Positions 8,446 through 17,691 of a stretch of DNA of 64,000 nucleotides are shown one piece after another. This DNA is from Candidatus Aenigmatarchaeota archaeon (lineage in GTDB: Archaea; Aenigmatarchaeota; Aenigmatarchaeia; GW2011-AR5). The number at the start of each line of letters is the position of its first letter. Position 1 is the first letter of the stretch. The stretch covers positions 96,001 through 160,000 of the forward strand of contig JACPJW010000001.1 in assembly GCA_016187335.1 (NCBI GenBank). Reading direction: 5' to 3'. Both the position numbers and the translations under genes were made by a program. Under the pieces are notes generated by a model. That model was not told where the DNA came from, searched no databases, and was given only the letters and a program-made list of their open reading frames with translations.

Positions 8446-9191
8446 TACAAAACCTTCCTCCCGAAAGTGATGAATCCGGTGTGCACAATCTGGGAGGGAC
8501 GGGGATGCGTGTAGTCGCTGACCTGCCAGTCGACCTGCTGCGTTGATATCGTTTTTATCTGCGCGAACTTGTTCTTTTCCAGCTCCTTCACAGCCCTTTT
8601 CTGCTGCTCGATGTGCGGTGAGTAGATGCAAAGCCATCCGCCGCTTTTCAGCGCTGTTTTGCATTTTTTCACCATCTTGTCCGCGTCAATCATGTCCAGC
8701 GTTATCATGTCCAGGTTTTTTTCCGTAAAGCGCTCCGCCGGCTTGTTTTTTATATTCACTGTGCCAGCAAGACCACAGAACTCTATGTTCCTTTTTGCGT
8801 TCTCGTAGAATTTCTTGTTCTTCTCGTAAGTTGTTACGGAGCCGCTGGGCTTTACGATATTGCCGAGGAATATTGACAGGAAAGCAGAGCCCGTGCCTGC
8901 ATCAAGGCAGTGCCAGCCGCTGCTTACGCCTGTGTGCGCAGCTATCTGGCCGGCGTCCTTGGGCATGATTATCTGCGGCATCCTCTTTGCCTTGCGAAGC
9001 AAATCCAGTATGGTGGGTTTTAGCACGACAAATTCGTGGCCGGTGTTGCTTTTCAGAACCTGGCCGTATTTCTTTATTTTCGTAAGGTCAAGAAGACCGT
9101 AATTCGTTGAAAACTTCTTCTGCGCAATGTCGGCGATGAAAGAACGCTCGCCCAAAAGAAGAATCTTGCCCGACGGTTTTTCTTTTTTCAT
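8445..9191 (-). CDS. trmI: tRNA (adenine-N1, A57/A58) methyltransferase TrmI/GCD14
   Basis: PQIIMPKD, DAGTGSAFL SAM-binding motif, LDM, YSP.IEQ. Confidence 0.9.
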   Translation of the reverse strand: MKKEKPSGKILLLGERSFIADIAQKKFSTNYGLLDLTKIKKYGQVLKSNTGHEFVVLKPTILDLLRKAKRMPQIIMPKDAGQIAAHTGVSSGWHCLDAGTGSAFLSIFLGNIVKPSGSVTTYEKNKKFYENAKRNIEFCGLAGTVNIKNKPAERFTEKNLDMITLDMIDADKMVKKCKTALKSGGWLCIYSPHIEQQKRAVKELEKNKFAQIKTISTQQVDWQVSDYTHPRPSQIVHTGFITFGRKVL

Positions 9192-9421
9192 AAAAATCCC
9201 CTTAGCGCCATTACGATAAAAAGTATCGCGAGAACAGCGGAAATGACTATGGCAATTTTCACCAGCTGCGGGTCGTTGCCGAAGCCGAACGGGATGAAAC
9301 CAATCACCCCGCCCACGGCGACCTTTCCGTCGCTTTTTCCTGTTAACGTGCCTACGAAAACAAGAAGGAATCCTAAAAGGATCATTGCGATGCCGATGGA
9401 AACTATATTTATCTCTGCCAT
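9188..9421 (-). CDS. Small membrane protein, DUF131/TIGR00304-like
   Basis: Hydrophobic, with GGVIGFIPFGFG motif; ATG at 9421 preferred. Confidence 0.7.
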   Translation of the reverse strand: MAEINIVSIGIAMILLGFLLVFVGTLTGKSDGKVAVGGVIGFIPFGFGNDPQLVKIAIVISAVLAILFIVMALRGFL

Positions 9422-9453
9422 GATTCTTCTATTTGCTGATAAGATTTTAAACC

Positions 9454-9915
9454 ATGCAGGCAATTTTTATCATGCCTTTAAGGAAAAACGGCTGCATTGA
9501 AGGCGTCACCTTTGCTTTTGTAAGGAAAGGGAAAATACTGGCTGAAATAAGAAACAGGAGAAACCGTTCAGAAATCATGATACCTTCAGGAATAATAGAA
9601 AAATCTGATGCAAAGAATGGCGACTACAGGATAGCTGCGCTGAAAAGGGAAATCAGGGAAGAAATGAATGTTGATGCAGAGGAATTCGTTTATCTTGGAA
9701 AATGCAGGCTGAGGACACGCCCTCTGGTCATGCATGTCTTTCTTATTAAAAAATGGAAGGGAGAAATACCAAGCCATACAGTGGAAAACGGAAAAAAAGA
9801 TTCAAGGCTGGTTTGGTTCCCGCTTGACGAGAGGTATTTCGTAAGGTACGGCTCGAATTTCACCTGCAGGAAAGTCCTTGAATACCTGAAAGCTGGATCG
9901 TCATCAAAGAAATAA
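9454..9915 (+). CDS. NUDIX hydrolase
   Basis: Nudix box G..E......ALKREIREE. Confidence 0.8.
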   Translation: MQAIFIMPLRKNGCIEGVTFAFVRKGKILAEIRNRRNRSEIMIPSGIIEKSDAKNGDYRIAALKREIREEMNVDAEEFVYLGKCRLRTRPLVMHVFLIKKWKGEIPSHTVENGKKDSRLVWFPLDERYFVRYGSNFTCRKVLEYLKAGSSSKK

Positions 9916-9936
9916 TTTCGCCTGATTTCTTTGCTT

Positions 9937-10647
9937 TTATTTCCCGAACCTTCGTTTTCGCTGGGCGTATTCTTCCAGGCTTGCTGTAAAATCTTCTTTC
10001 GTTATTTCAGGCCATTTCTTGTCCAGGAAAATTAATTCCGAGTAAGCTGACTGGAAAGGAAGGAAGTTGCTTAACCGCTTCTCTCCGCCTGTGCGGATGA
10101 TCAAGTCGGGAAAAGGGTGGCCGTTGGTGTATAAATGCTGCTTTATTATTTCTTCGCTCAGTTCCGCCGGCTTTATTATTCCTTTCATGCCTTTCTTCAG
10201 TATTTCCCGCAGGGCGTCCACAAGCTCCTGCTGGCCGCCGTAGGCAACGGCTATGTTCAGGCAGTGCTTCTTGTATTTCTTCGTTTTCTTTTCCACTTCC
10301 TTTATCTTGTGCTGCAGCCATAGCGGAAGCAGCTGCGTCCGTCCGATGAAGCGCACGTTTATTTTTCTTCTGTTCACGACGTGATCCCTGTTTTTCATGA
10401 TGTTGTCAGCCTCGCTGCCTATGTAATGGAGAATCAGTTGCAATTCCCTTTTCGGCCTTTTCTTTAGATTTTCCAGGGAAAGCGTGTAAGCCGTCAGGTA
10501 TTTTATTTTTGAATCGCATGCCCATTCCAGAACCTCCCTGGATTTCTCAAGGCCGTATTTATGGCCTTCCCACGGCGTTTTCATCAGCTGCTTGGCAAAG
10601 CGCCTGTTGCCGTCAAGGATTATTCCGACATGGAGGGGTGCTTTCAT
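9937..10647 (-). CDS. uppS: cis-prenyltransferase (undecaprenyl/tritrans-polycis diphosphate synthase)
   Basis: HVGIILDGNRR, PDLIIRTGGEKRLSNFL. Confidence 0.95.
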   Translation of the reverse strand: MKAPLHVGIILDGNRRFAKQLMKTPWEGHKYGLEKSREVLEWACDSKIKYLTAYTLSLENLKKRPKRELQLILHYIGSEADNIMKNRDHVVNRRKINVRFIGRTQLLPLWLQHKIKEVEKKTKKYKKHCLNIAVAYGGQQELVDALREILKKGMKGIIKPAELSEEIIKQHLYTNGHPFPDLIIRTGGEKRLSNFLPFQSAYSELIFLDKKWPEITKEDFTASLEEYAQRKRRFGK

Positions 10648-10756
10648 GAGAAATCACACTGTTTTGGACATCTTATATTTGTTTTGGGCGGTTCCTGCAA
10701 ATAATTTTAGTTACGATACATTTTAAAAGCAAGGTTTTTAAGTGTTAAGCGATTGC

Positions 10757-11545
10757 ATGCCTGAAATCATCGTCTTTCTCGCTGTTCTCGGCTCAGCTGC
10801 AGCAGGATTGTGGGACCTGAAAACCACGGAAGTGCCTGATGAGATACCGGCGCTGATGATCGTCGCGGGAATTTTATATTGGTTCGTGAGCGGCGTGAGC
10901 ACAGGCGATGCGCAGCCTTTTCTTGTTTCTGTTGTTTCATCCGCTTTTATAGGGGCGGCGGGTTATGCCCTGTACAAGGCGGGAAAATGGGGGGGTGCCG
11001 ACGCCTTCATTTTTTCAGCCATAGCAGCAATGGTGCCTGTCTACAACGGCCGCTTGTTCATCTTAGACTACGCGATGAATTTCATAATCGTGAGCGGCGC
11101 ATACCTTCTTCTTTACACGGCGGCGATCGGCGTGATGAACCCTTCTGTCTTTTCTTATTTCAGGAAAGACCTGAAGAAAACGTGGCTTTACGTTCTGGCT
11201 GTTCCCGCCGTATATTTCCCGGCAATATACCTCGCAGGCGCCGTGAATTCCTTGACAATATTCTACGGCGCATTGCTGGCGTTCCTCGTGTTCTTCTGGC
11301 GCTACGCTTTCGTCATTGAGGAGAAAATATTCAAGAAAAAGATTGCTGTCTCAAGGCTGAAGCCGGGCGATGTCCTGGAAAAAATGGTATGGCGCGGCCT
11401 GACAGCCGAGGAAATAAAGGAGATAAAGAGGAAGGAGAAGTACGTCACCGTCAAAGAAGGCGTGCGTTTTGTTCCAGCCTTTGCGATAAACCTGGTAATC
11501 ACCCTTCTGTACGGAAATATCCTGCTCATGGTTTTCGGGCTTTAG
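10757..11545 (+). CDS. Prepilin/preflagellin peptidase (A24 aspartic peptidase)
   Basis: WDLKTTEVPD and WGGADA catalytic Asp motifs; C-terminal VRFVPAF; multi-pass membrane protein. Confidence 0.85.
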   Translation: MPEIIVFLAVLGSAAAGLWDLKTTEVPDEIPALMIVAGILYWFVSGVSTGDAQPFLVSVVSSAFIGAAGYALYKAGKWGGADAFIFSAIAAMVPVYNGRLFILDYAMNFIIVSGAYLLLYTAAIGVMNPSVFSYFRKDLKKTWLYVLAVPAVYFPAIYLAGAVNSLTIFYGALLAFLVFFWRYAFVIEEKIFKKKIAVSRLKPGDVLEKMVWRGLTAEEIKEIKRKEKYVTVKEGVRFVPAFAINLVITLLYGNILLMVFGL

Positions 11546-11599
11546 GAACGCGCGGTAACAGAAACGCTTTCATACTTGACAGGACATAAGTGATTTGAG

Positions 11600-12625
11600 A
11601 TGATAATCAGTTTCCCGAAGAATGTCATGGTTGAAAAATCCGTGAAAGGGAAGGCAGCCGGGATGCTTTCACAGATGCGTCTGGGCGACAGCTGCGCTAT
11701 TTTATGCGATCCCGACGTGCAGAAGATTATAGGCAATGACGTAAGAAAAGATCTCTCTTCTTCTTTCACCGCGGACATCATCAGCCCGGAATCGCTGGAA
11801 AAAAAACATCTGGAGAAGCTGGCGAAGCAACTGGGAGACTACGATTTCCTGATAGGCATGGGCGGCGGGCGCGCCATGGACATAACAAAATATTCTGCGC
11901 ATCTCGCCGATACCGAGTGGGTCGCTTTCCCGACGATACTGAGCCAGGATGGCATCGTTTCATCCAACGCTGTGATCAGCGATGGCGGCCGCAAAACCTC
12001 GGTATGGTGCAAAGAACCCGCGGCGATCATTGCCGACATAAATACAATAAAGCGCGCGCCTTACAGGTTCATAGCGGCGGGCGCGGGGGACCTTCTTTCC
12101 AATATTTCTGCCGTCGAGGATTGGCGCATTGCCGGCGAAGCGGGCAAGGAAAATTACAATCCGGTTACAGCCAGGCTGTCGCTTCTTGCTGCTGAAGCGG
12201 TGATGGAAAACCCTGAAAAAATCAGAAATAAGGACGCCGGGGGGCTGGAAATTCTGTTCTGGTCGCTGATGCTGTCGGGCTTCTCCAAGAACATGCACGG
12301 TTCGTCGCGGCCGACATCAGGCAGCGAGCATTATTTTGCGCATGCATTGGAGCAGCTAGGCAGCAGGGCGCTGCACGGCGAGCAGGCTGCTTTGGGCGCA
12401 TTAGTATCCGTATTCCTGCAGAAAGGCGACTGGCTGAAAATCAAGGCAGTGATGGAAAAACTGGGCCTGCCGGCAACGGCGAAGGATGCAGGCATGGAAA
12501 GAGACATGGTCATAGAAGCGCTGATGCTCGCGCCGAAAATCCGCGACCGCTACACGGTTCTGGACAAGTATGATATCACGAGGAAGCAGGCTGAGAATAT
12601 TTTGCAGAAGGTCGGGATAATCTGA
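11600..12625 (+). CDS. egsA: sn-glycerol-1-phosphate dehydrogenase
   Basis: GGGRAMDITK, PTILSQDG, GAGDLLS, GSEH, LHGEQ. Confidence 0.9.
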   Translation: MIISFPKNVMVEKSVKGKAAGMLSQMRLGDSCAILCDPDVQKIIGNDVRKDLSSSFTADIISPESLEKKHLEKLAKQLGDYDFLIGMGGGRAMDITKYSAHLADTEWVAFPTILSQDGIVSSNAVISDGGRKTSVWCKEPAAIIADINTIKRAPYRFIAAGAGDLLSNISAVEDWRIAGEAGKENYNPVTARLSLLAAEAVMENPEKIRNKDAGGLEILFWSLMLSGFSKNMHGSSRPTSGSEHYFAHALEQLGSRALHGEQAALGALVSVFLQKGDWLKIKAVMEKLGLPATAKDAGMERDMVIEALMLAPKIRDRYTVLDKYDITRKQAENILQKVGII

Positions 12626-13191
12626 TGGAAGAAAAACATCTTATTTTTATTTCCGCATTGCTTGCCGAGGTTTCTATGGCTTTCTATGTGATTCTCATAT
12701 TCTCGTTTTTTGGCAACCTCGGCGGGATGGGCTTGCTTGAAAGCCTGCTGACAGGGTCTGTCCTTATGTTCATAATTCCCAACATTGCTGTTTACTATTT
12801 TTATAGGAGCATCGAACTGAGCAAAGTGAAAACCGAAGAAAGGTACAAGTTTTATCTGACTGTAATTGCCTGTTATCTAGCTGCTTTTCTTGTATTCAAT
12901 TATTTCAGCAACACTTTGCTGGCAAAGGTGGTGCTGTCGTATTTTCTGATATTCCTCATTTTATTTGTCATAAATTTCAGGTGGAGAATAAGCCTGCACG
13001 CCGCAGGTATAGGCGCAGCCTCGATGATTCTGTTTCTGAATAATTTCGTCATTCCTGCACTGATTTTCTTCGCACTAACGCCCTTTGTTTACTGGCTGAA
13101 AATGAGTCTTAGATCCCATGGAATTTACCAGATGCTTACAGGAAGCATCGTTTCGTTTATCGTCAGCTATGCTGTTTTCGTGCTTCTTTAA
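12625..13191 (+). CDS. Integral membrane protein, PAP2-like
   Basis: About 6 TM segments, WRISLHAAG motif, translationally coupled to egsA. Confidence 0.55.
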   Translation: MEEKHLIFISALLAEVSMAFYVILIFSFFGNLGGMGLLESLLTGSVLMFIIPNIAVYYFYRSIELSKVKTEERYKFYLTVIACYLAAFLVFNYFSNTLLAKVVLSYFLIFLILFVINFRWRISLHAAGIGAASMILFLNNFVIPALIFFALTPFVYWLKMSLRSHGIYQMLTGSIVSFIVSYAVFVLL

Positions 13192-13224
13192 AATAAATTT
13201 AGAATAAAGACAATTTTAATTCTC

Positions 13225-14007
13225 TTATTTCCCCAGCTTTCTTCTTCCTTCCTTTTTCACCGCCTGCACGAATTCTTCAAGAAGCTGGAGGGGGTTCTTT
13301 GTTCTTTCTGCAGCTGTTCCGATCTGGACCCAGTCAGCGCCTGCTTTGACAATCTCAGCAGCCTGCCTTGGCGTTCTTATGCCCCCTGCGACCAGGTAAG
13401 GAATATCTATTGCTCTTTTCACTGCTGAAACCATTTCCGTTGGCACAGGTTCGTAAGCGGCGGAGCCGGCATCGGTGAATATTATCCTGTGCCCGCTGAA
13501 CTGCGCTGCCAGCGCAAGCGCCGCAGCAATGTTCGGCTTGCTGCGCGGAACGAGGTTCGCGTCTCCGACCCATCCTACCGTGCCTCCGGGCTCGACAACT
13601 ATGTAACCGATTGGCAGCGGCTCTATCTGCAGCTGTTTTATCAGGGGCGCTGCCAGCGTTTGCGCATGCGAAATCCAGTAGGGGTTCCTTGAGTTGAGCA
13701 GTGACATGAAATAAATGGCGTCCGCGAACGGCGTTATGGTGCCGATATTTCCGGGAAAAAGGACAACTGGCACGCTTACCTTTTCCTTTATCGACTTCGT
13801 CACGGTGTCAAGCAGTTTTCCCTGCGCGCCTATGCTCCCGCCCACGGCGATTATGTCAACGCCAGCCTCGTGCGCAGCCATTGCTGTATCTACAGCCCTC
13901 GAGGGATTGGGATAATCCACCGGGTCGATGATTATGGATATTATCCCCCCGTCCTTTTCTATCTTCTCAAGAATGTATTTCTCAACTTTTCCCGCCAAAA
14001 TCGTCAC
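13225..14007 (-). CDS. Geranylgeranylglyceryl phosphate synthase (group II-like)
   Basis: IIDP, GGS, LFPG, LLNSRNPYWI, GYIVVEPG, AGGIRT. Confidence 0.9.
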   Translation of the reverse strand: MTILAGKVEKYILEKIEKDGGIISIIIDPVDYPNPSRAVDTAMAAHEAGVDIIAVGGSIGAQGKLLDTVTKSIKEKVSVPVVLFPGNIGTITPFADAIYFMSLLNSRNPYWISHAQTLAAPLIKQLQIEPLPIGYIVVEPGGTVGWVGDANLVPRSKPNIAAALALAAQFSGHRIIFTDAGSAAYEPVPTEMVSAVKRAIDIPYLVAGGIRTPRQAAEIVKAGADWVQIGTAAERTKNPLQLLEEFVQAVKKEGRRKLGK

Positions 14008-14983
14008 CGTCCATCAGTCCTTTCTCTGCTATCTCAAAATCCGAATAACCTTGTTTAGCCATTTGAAGGTATTTAATCGTTTCTTTCAAAGCCGTCCTTG
14101 TGTCGTATTTCGGTTCAAATCCGATAAGCTTTGCGTTGTTCATTGAAATCCTTCTGTTTCTCGTCAGGCGCTCAATGCTCGACCTCATCATCGTCAAGCT
14201 CGGCCTTTTGCCCCTGACCCTGCACCAGCCTTCGTAAACAGAAGCAGCAAATTTCATCGCAATAACCGGCACGTGCTTTCCCGTCATTTTTGTTTTCATT
14301 TCCTCGCACATCATTGTGTAGACCTCCTTGTACGCAGGAACGTCCTTTGTTGCAACGTGAAATATCCTGCCCGCCGCCCTGCTGTTTCCTTTCACGGAAT
14401 TAAGCATGTCGGCGGCGTCCTTGATGTACGCGAGGTGAAATTTGTTCTCACCCGAGCCTATTATAGGGTATCTGTTTTTTGCCGCCTGGAATATCTTGTA
14501 CCATATGTAATTTGGCCCTATTATCACAGGCGCCCTGACAATTGTGCAAGGGACGCCGGAACCTGTTACAAGTTTTTCCGCTTCTGCCTTGGATTTTTCG
14601 TATAGCGTTTTCGGATTGTACCCGCCGTCTTCTTCAGCAATTACGGCGTCGCCGAGGGCGCCGCACGATCCCATGAATACCAGATGCTTCGTCCTGTGCT
14701 TTATGCAAAGATCAACGACATTGCGCGTGCCCTCAACGTTTATTTCGTACATCTCCGGGTTTGACTCGTCCAGCTCGGCGGCAAGGTGGTATACGACATC
14801 GCAGGGGAACGCCTTTTCCAGGGCTTTTTTGTCGCGCACGTCGCCCGTGACAAAAAGCACCTTGTCTATGAGCTCGTCTTCCATCTTGCGCGAGAAAACA
14901 GTTATTTCATGCCTTTCTCTGAGCAGCCTTACAAGCAGGTGCTTTCCTAGAAACCCTGTTCCGCCCACTACCAGAATGCGCAT
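13982..14983 (-). CDS. NAD-dependent epimerase/dehydratase (extended SDR)
   Basis: MRILVVGGTGFLG Rossmann motif, YEKSK catalytic YxxxK; ATG at 14983 preferred. Confidence 0.88.
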   Translation of the reverse strand: MRILVVGGTGFLGKHLLVRLLRERHEITVFSRKMEDELIDKVLFVTGDVRDKKALEKAFPCDVVYHLAAELDESNPEMYEINVEGTRNVVDLCIKHRTKHLVFMGSCGALGDAVIAEEDGGYNPKTLYEKSKAEAEKLVTGSGVPCTIVRAPVIIGPNYIWYKIFQAAKNRYPIIGSGENKFHLAYIKDAADMLNSVKGNSRAAGRIFHVATKDVPAYKEVYTMMCEEMKTKMTGKHVPVIAMKFAASVYEGWCRVRGKRPSLTMMRSSIERLTRNRRISMNNAKLIGFEPKYDTRTALKETIKYLQMAKQGYSDFEIAEKGLMDGDDFGGKS

Positions 14984-15079
14984 ACCAAGAATAAAAACGC
15001 AATCAATAAAAAGAGAATCCGGTTTAAAAAGACTGTTTGTTGCCAAGACGGAGGCAGCGCCTGCGGAAGAACATATTAT

Positions 15080-16153
15080 TTATTCAACAACCACAGGCAT
15101 CCTGTCCAGCATTTCCTTCAGCACGCTTGTCAGCTGGTCCAGCTTCCGCTCAACAGAATCCATCCTTCTTTCTATGGGCGTTGTATCAGGGACCTGTATG
15201 TAGCGAATCTTGTTGCTGATGTTCGCGGAGAACTGCTCGAATTCATCTTTTGTGACAAGCTCCGGGACCTTCCTGTCGAGCGCCCTGGCGAATTCTTCCA
15301 GCCGCCGCGCAATTATCGGGGTTATTTCTGATTCAATCACCGCCGGCCTTTCCTTGTACAGGCCGCTCATTTTCATTTCAGCATCCTTCACTTTCTTCTC
15401 AAGCGAAGACCTGTAGGCGCTCTCGTCCTCCAGGAGCTTTCTGATTTCTTCCAGCTTCTTTGTCTCGTCTTCCAGGGTTTCCATCCTTCTTTCAATATCA
15501 ATAAGGTTTCTGCCGCTGATTTCTTCTTCTATCTTGTCCAGCCTCTTGTGCACCGCCGCGACATCCGTGGCTTCCACCTTCCTCAGGCGCTCCTCAAGGT
15601 CCTTGTCAAACTGGTGCATCCTTTCTGTTGCCTTGTTGTCAAAATCCGTGAGCTTCTCGGTCCTGTTTTTGTCAAATTCGCCGGTTTTGCTGGAAATCTC
15701 CAGCTCTACGCGGTCCAGTTTCTTCCTCAGCTCGTCGGCCGTCTGCTGTATCCTGGAAAAGTCCTGGCTTGCCGCGGCCTGCAGCCTTTCCTCGAATTTT
15801 CCCAGCTCCTCCTTCACGTGCCTTTCAAGCTTGCCGAGCCTTTCCGGGCTTGAAGAAGCCTTCATGTATTCCACGTGCTTCTTCAGTTCGCTGACGTCTC
15901 CGGCAATTTTGGCCTTGTGCTCTTTCAGCTCGCTTATATGCGGCGAGTAGTCCGGAACTGATTCGACATGCGATTTGATTTCACGCAGCTCGTCCTTCAT
16001 CTCCTCGACATCAGTTGCGATTTCATTCATCCTTTCCTTGACGTGCTCGGGCATCTCCGACGATTTTACCTCGCTTTCAAGCCTGTTCATCTCGCTCTTG
16101 ACGTGCAGGGCTATCGCCTTTATTGCCTGCTCGATTTCCCGCTGGTTTGACAT
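15080..16153 (-). CDS. Long coiled-coil hypothetical protein
   Basis: E/K/L-rich heptads throughout; ends PVVVE. Confidence 0.75.
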   Translation of the reverse strand: MSNQREIEQAIKAIALHVKSEMNRLESEVKSSEMPEHVKERMNEIATDVEEMKDELREIKSHVESVPDYSPHISELKEHKAKIAGDVSELKKHVEYMKASSSPERLGKLERHVKEELGKFEERLQAAASQDFSRIQQTADELRKKLDRVELEISSKTGEFDKNRTEKLTDFDNKATERMHQFDKDLEERLRKVEATDVAAVHKRLDKIEEEISGRNLIDIERRMETLEDETKKLEEIRKLLEDESAYRSSLEKKVKDAEMKMSGLYKERPAVIESEITPIIARRLEEFARALDRKVPELVTKDEFEQFSANISNKIRYIQVPDTTPIERRMDSVERKLDQLTSVLKEMLDRMPVVVE

Positions 16154-16284
16154 GTTTTTTCTCCTTTATCAAAGTTGAAACGATAGTTCGGTTTCTTTAT
16201 CAGGATGGAATGCTTGGCTTGATTTTTTTCTTTTCTAAGTCGGGAGTTTATGTACCATTTTGCTTAAATTCCCTTCGTTCTTGG

Positions 16285-16974
16285 TTACTTATTTTTCAAT
16301 ATCATCTGGACTTCTTCCAGGATGCTTTTTTCTTCGTCGCGCGGCTTTGTTCTTTCAACCCGCGTCAGTACTTTCGGCGCTTTCTCAAGCCTTTCAATCC
16401 TTTCGTGCAGCTTGGATATTTCCTTTTCGTAGTGCTCTTTCAGCTCGCTTATTTTTTCTTCCCTGCCGTCGGCTGTTTCAGGGGCTTCTGTTTTTTCTTC
16501 GACGCCATGAGATTCCGTTTTTGCTTCCAGGATGCGCACCCTCTCTTCAATCCTGCTTGTTTCCGTATCCTGCGACAGCGAAAGCTGTTCCTCTATGCGG
16601 CTGAGGCGCTCGTTGATGTCGGGAGAAACAACAGCATGTATTGCCGCTTCCTCTGTTCCTGATATTCCTTCCCTCATCTTTGTGTTTTCCAGTTCTATCA
16701 GCAGCAGCAGGTCCTCAAGCTCCTGTATGCGCTCCTTCATGTCCCCGAGAGTTTCCATGCGGTCTTTTCCTTCAATAATAACCGGCTCTTCATCGCCTTT
16801 CTGCTCTGTTTGTTTTGCCCCGGAATGTTTCTGCTGCGGCTGTGCCGGTTTGGGCGGCTGGGCCTGCAGTTTTGTTTCTATAGAAGTAAGGCGTTTTTCC
16901 GTGGCGGAGTAAATGTTCCTGAGCGCGTCCTCAAGCCTTCTGATGCGCTTTTCCATTTCGTTGAGGTCGGGCAT
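16285..16974 (-). CDS. Coiled-coil hypothetical protein
   Basis: Heptad-rich segments with P/Q linkers; co-oriented with neighbours. Confidence 0.7.
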   Translation of the reverse strand: MPDLNEMEKRIRRLEDALRNIYSATEKRLTSIETKLQAQPPKPAQPQQKHSGAKQTEQKGDEEPVIIEGKDRMETLGDMKERIQELEDLLLLIELENTKMREGISGTEEAAIHAVVSPDINERLSRIEEQLSLSQDTETSRIEERVRILEAKTESHGVEEKTEAPETADGREEKISELKEHYEKEISKLHERIERLEKAPKVLTRVERTKPRDEEKSILEEVQMILKNK

Positions 16975-16986
16975 ACTATTTATTTA

Positions 16987-17691
16987 TCAAAGGGGGTATT
17001 TTAAGTTTGGGAGATTGCTTCGCTTCATGCTTATCCTGAGCCACGCCAGCCAGAAAATAATAACAGCGGTTATCAGCCCCCAGCTCCACACCACGGCGTG
17101 AACCAGAGCAAAATTAGCGATATCAAAAGTGACGACGTACCAGAAAATGAACCATATGCGGCCGATATTTACAAGATAAATAACCGGCGCAAGCAGCAAA
17201 AAGCCCTTTATTTTCGTGCGCAGCGGCAGCTCCGTGGCAAAAATGAGCGCGAACAAAGCAAGAACAGATTTCCATCCGACGCAGTCCCAGTTTATCAGCG
17301 CGCCCCAGCTGCCGTTCTTGACGGCAACGGAAATCACGTTCCCGTAGGCAGCGGGACTGAAGCCTGTTGCCGCAAGCAGTGAAAAGACAATATTGTACGT
17401 TGTATCTATGAGCAATCCTGATTGCCACCCTGTCAGAAGCAGAAAGTAAAGCGGTATAGCAAAAATATTGAACTTGGCAATAAAGCGGAATAGCGGGTAG
17501 TATTTATTCTTCCGGAATTCGTTAAAGACGGAACGGAAAGTTCTGCCCTTAATTCGAGATGCAATACTGACTTTACTTTTCTTGTTTCCAAAGAAGCCGC
17601 CTTTTCCTTCCGCCTTATTTCGCCTAAATCGGCGGCTTCGATTTTCATTAACGATCCTTTTGATCAAACTTTTTGGAAAAGTTTGTTTCAT
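16987..17691 (-). CDS. Exosortase/archaeosortase-family membrane protein (5' end perturbed by palindromes)
   Basis: NWDCVGW (catalytic Cys), VNIGRI (catalytic Arg) and His in LVHAVVW; multi-TM. Confidence 0.75.
   Translation of the reverse strand: MKQTFPKSLIKRIVNENRSRRFRRNKAEGKGGFFGNKKSKVSIASRIKGRTFRSVFNEFRKNKYYPLFRFIAKFNIFAIPLYFLLLTGWQSGLLIDTTYNIVFSLLAATGFSPAAYGNVISVAVKNGSWGALINWDCVGWKSVLALFALIFATELPLRTKIKGFLLLAPVIYLVNIGRIWFIFWYVVTFDIANFALVHAVVWSWGLITAVIIFWLAWLRISMKRSNLPNLKYPL
17593..17639. repeat. 47-bp palindromic element in the exosortase 5' region
   Basis: GAAGCCGCC...GGCGGCTTC terminal stem. Confidence 0.7.

Noticed and set aside
8247-8664. ORFs of 99 and 104 aa over the tRNA and repeat cluster
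   Set aside because: They are shadow frames across the tRNA 3' exon, the palindromes and trmI.
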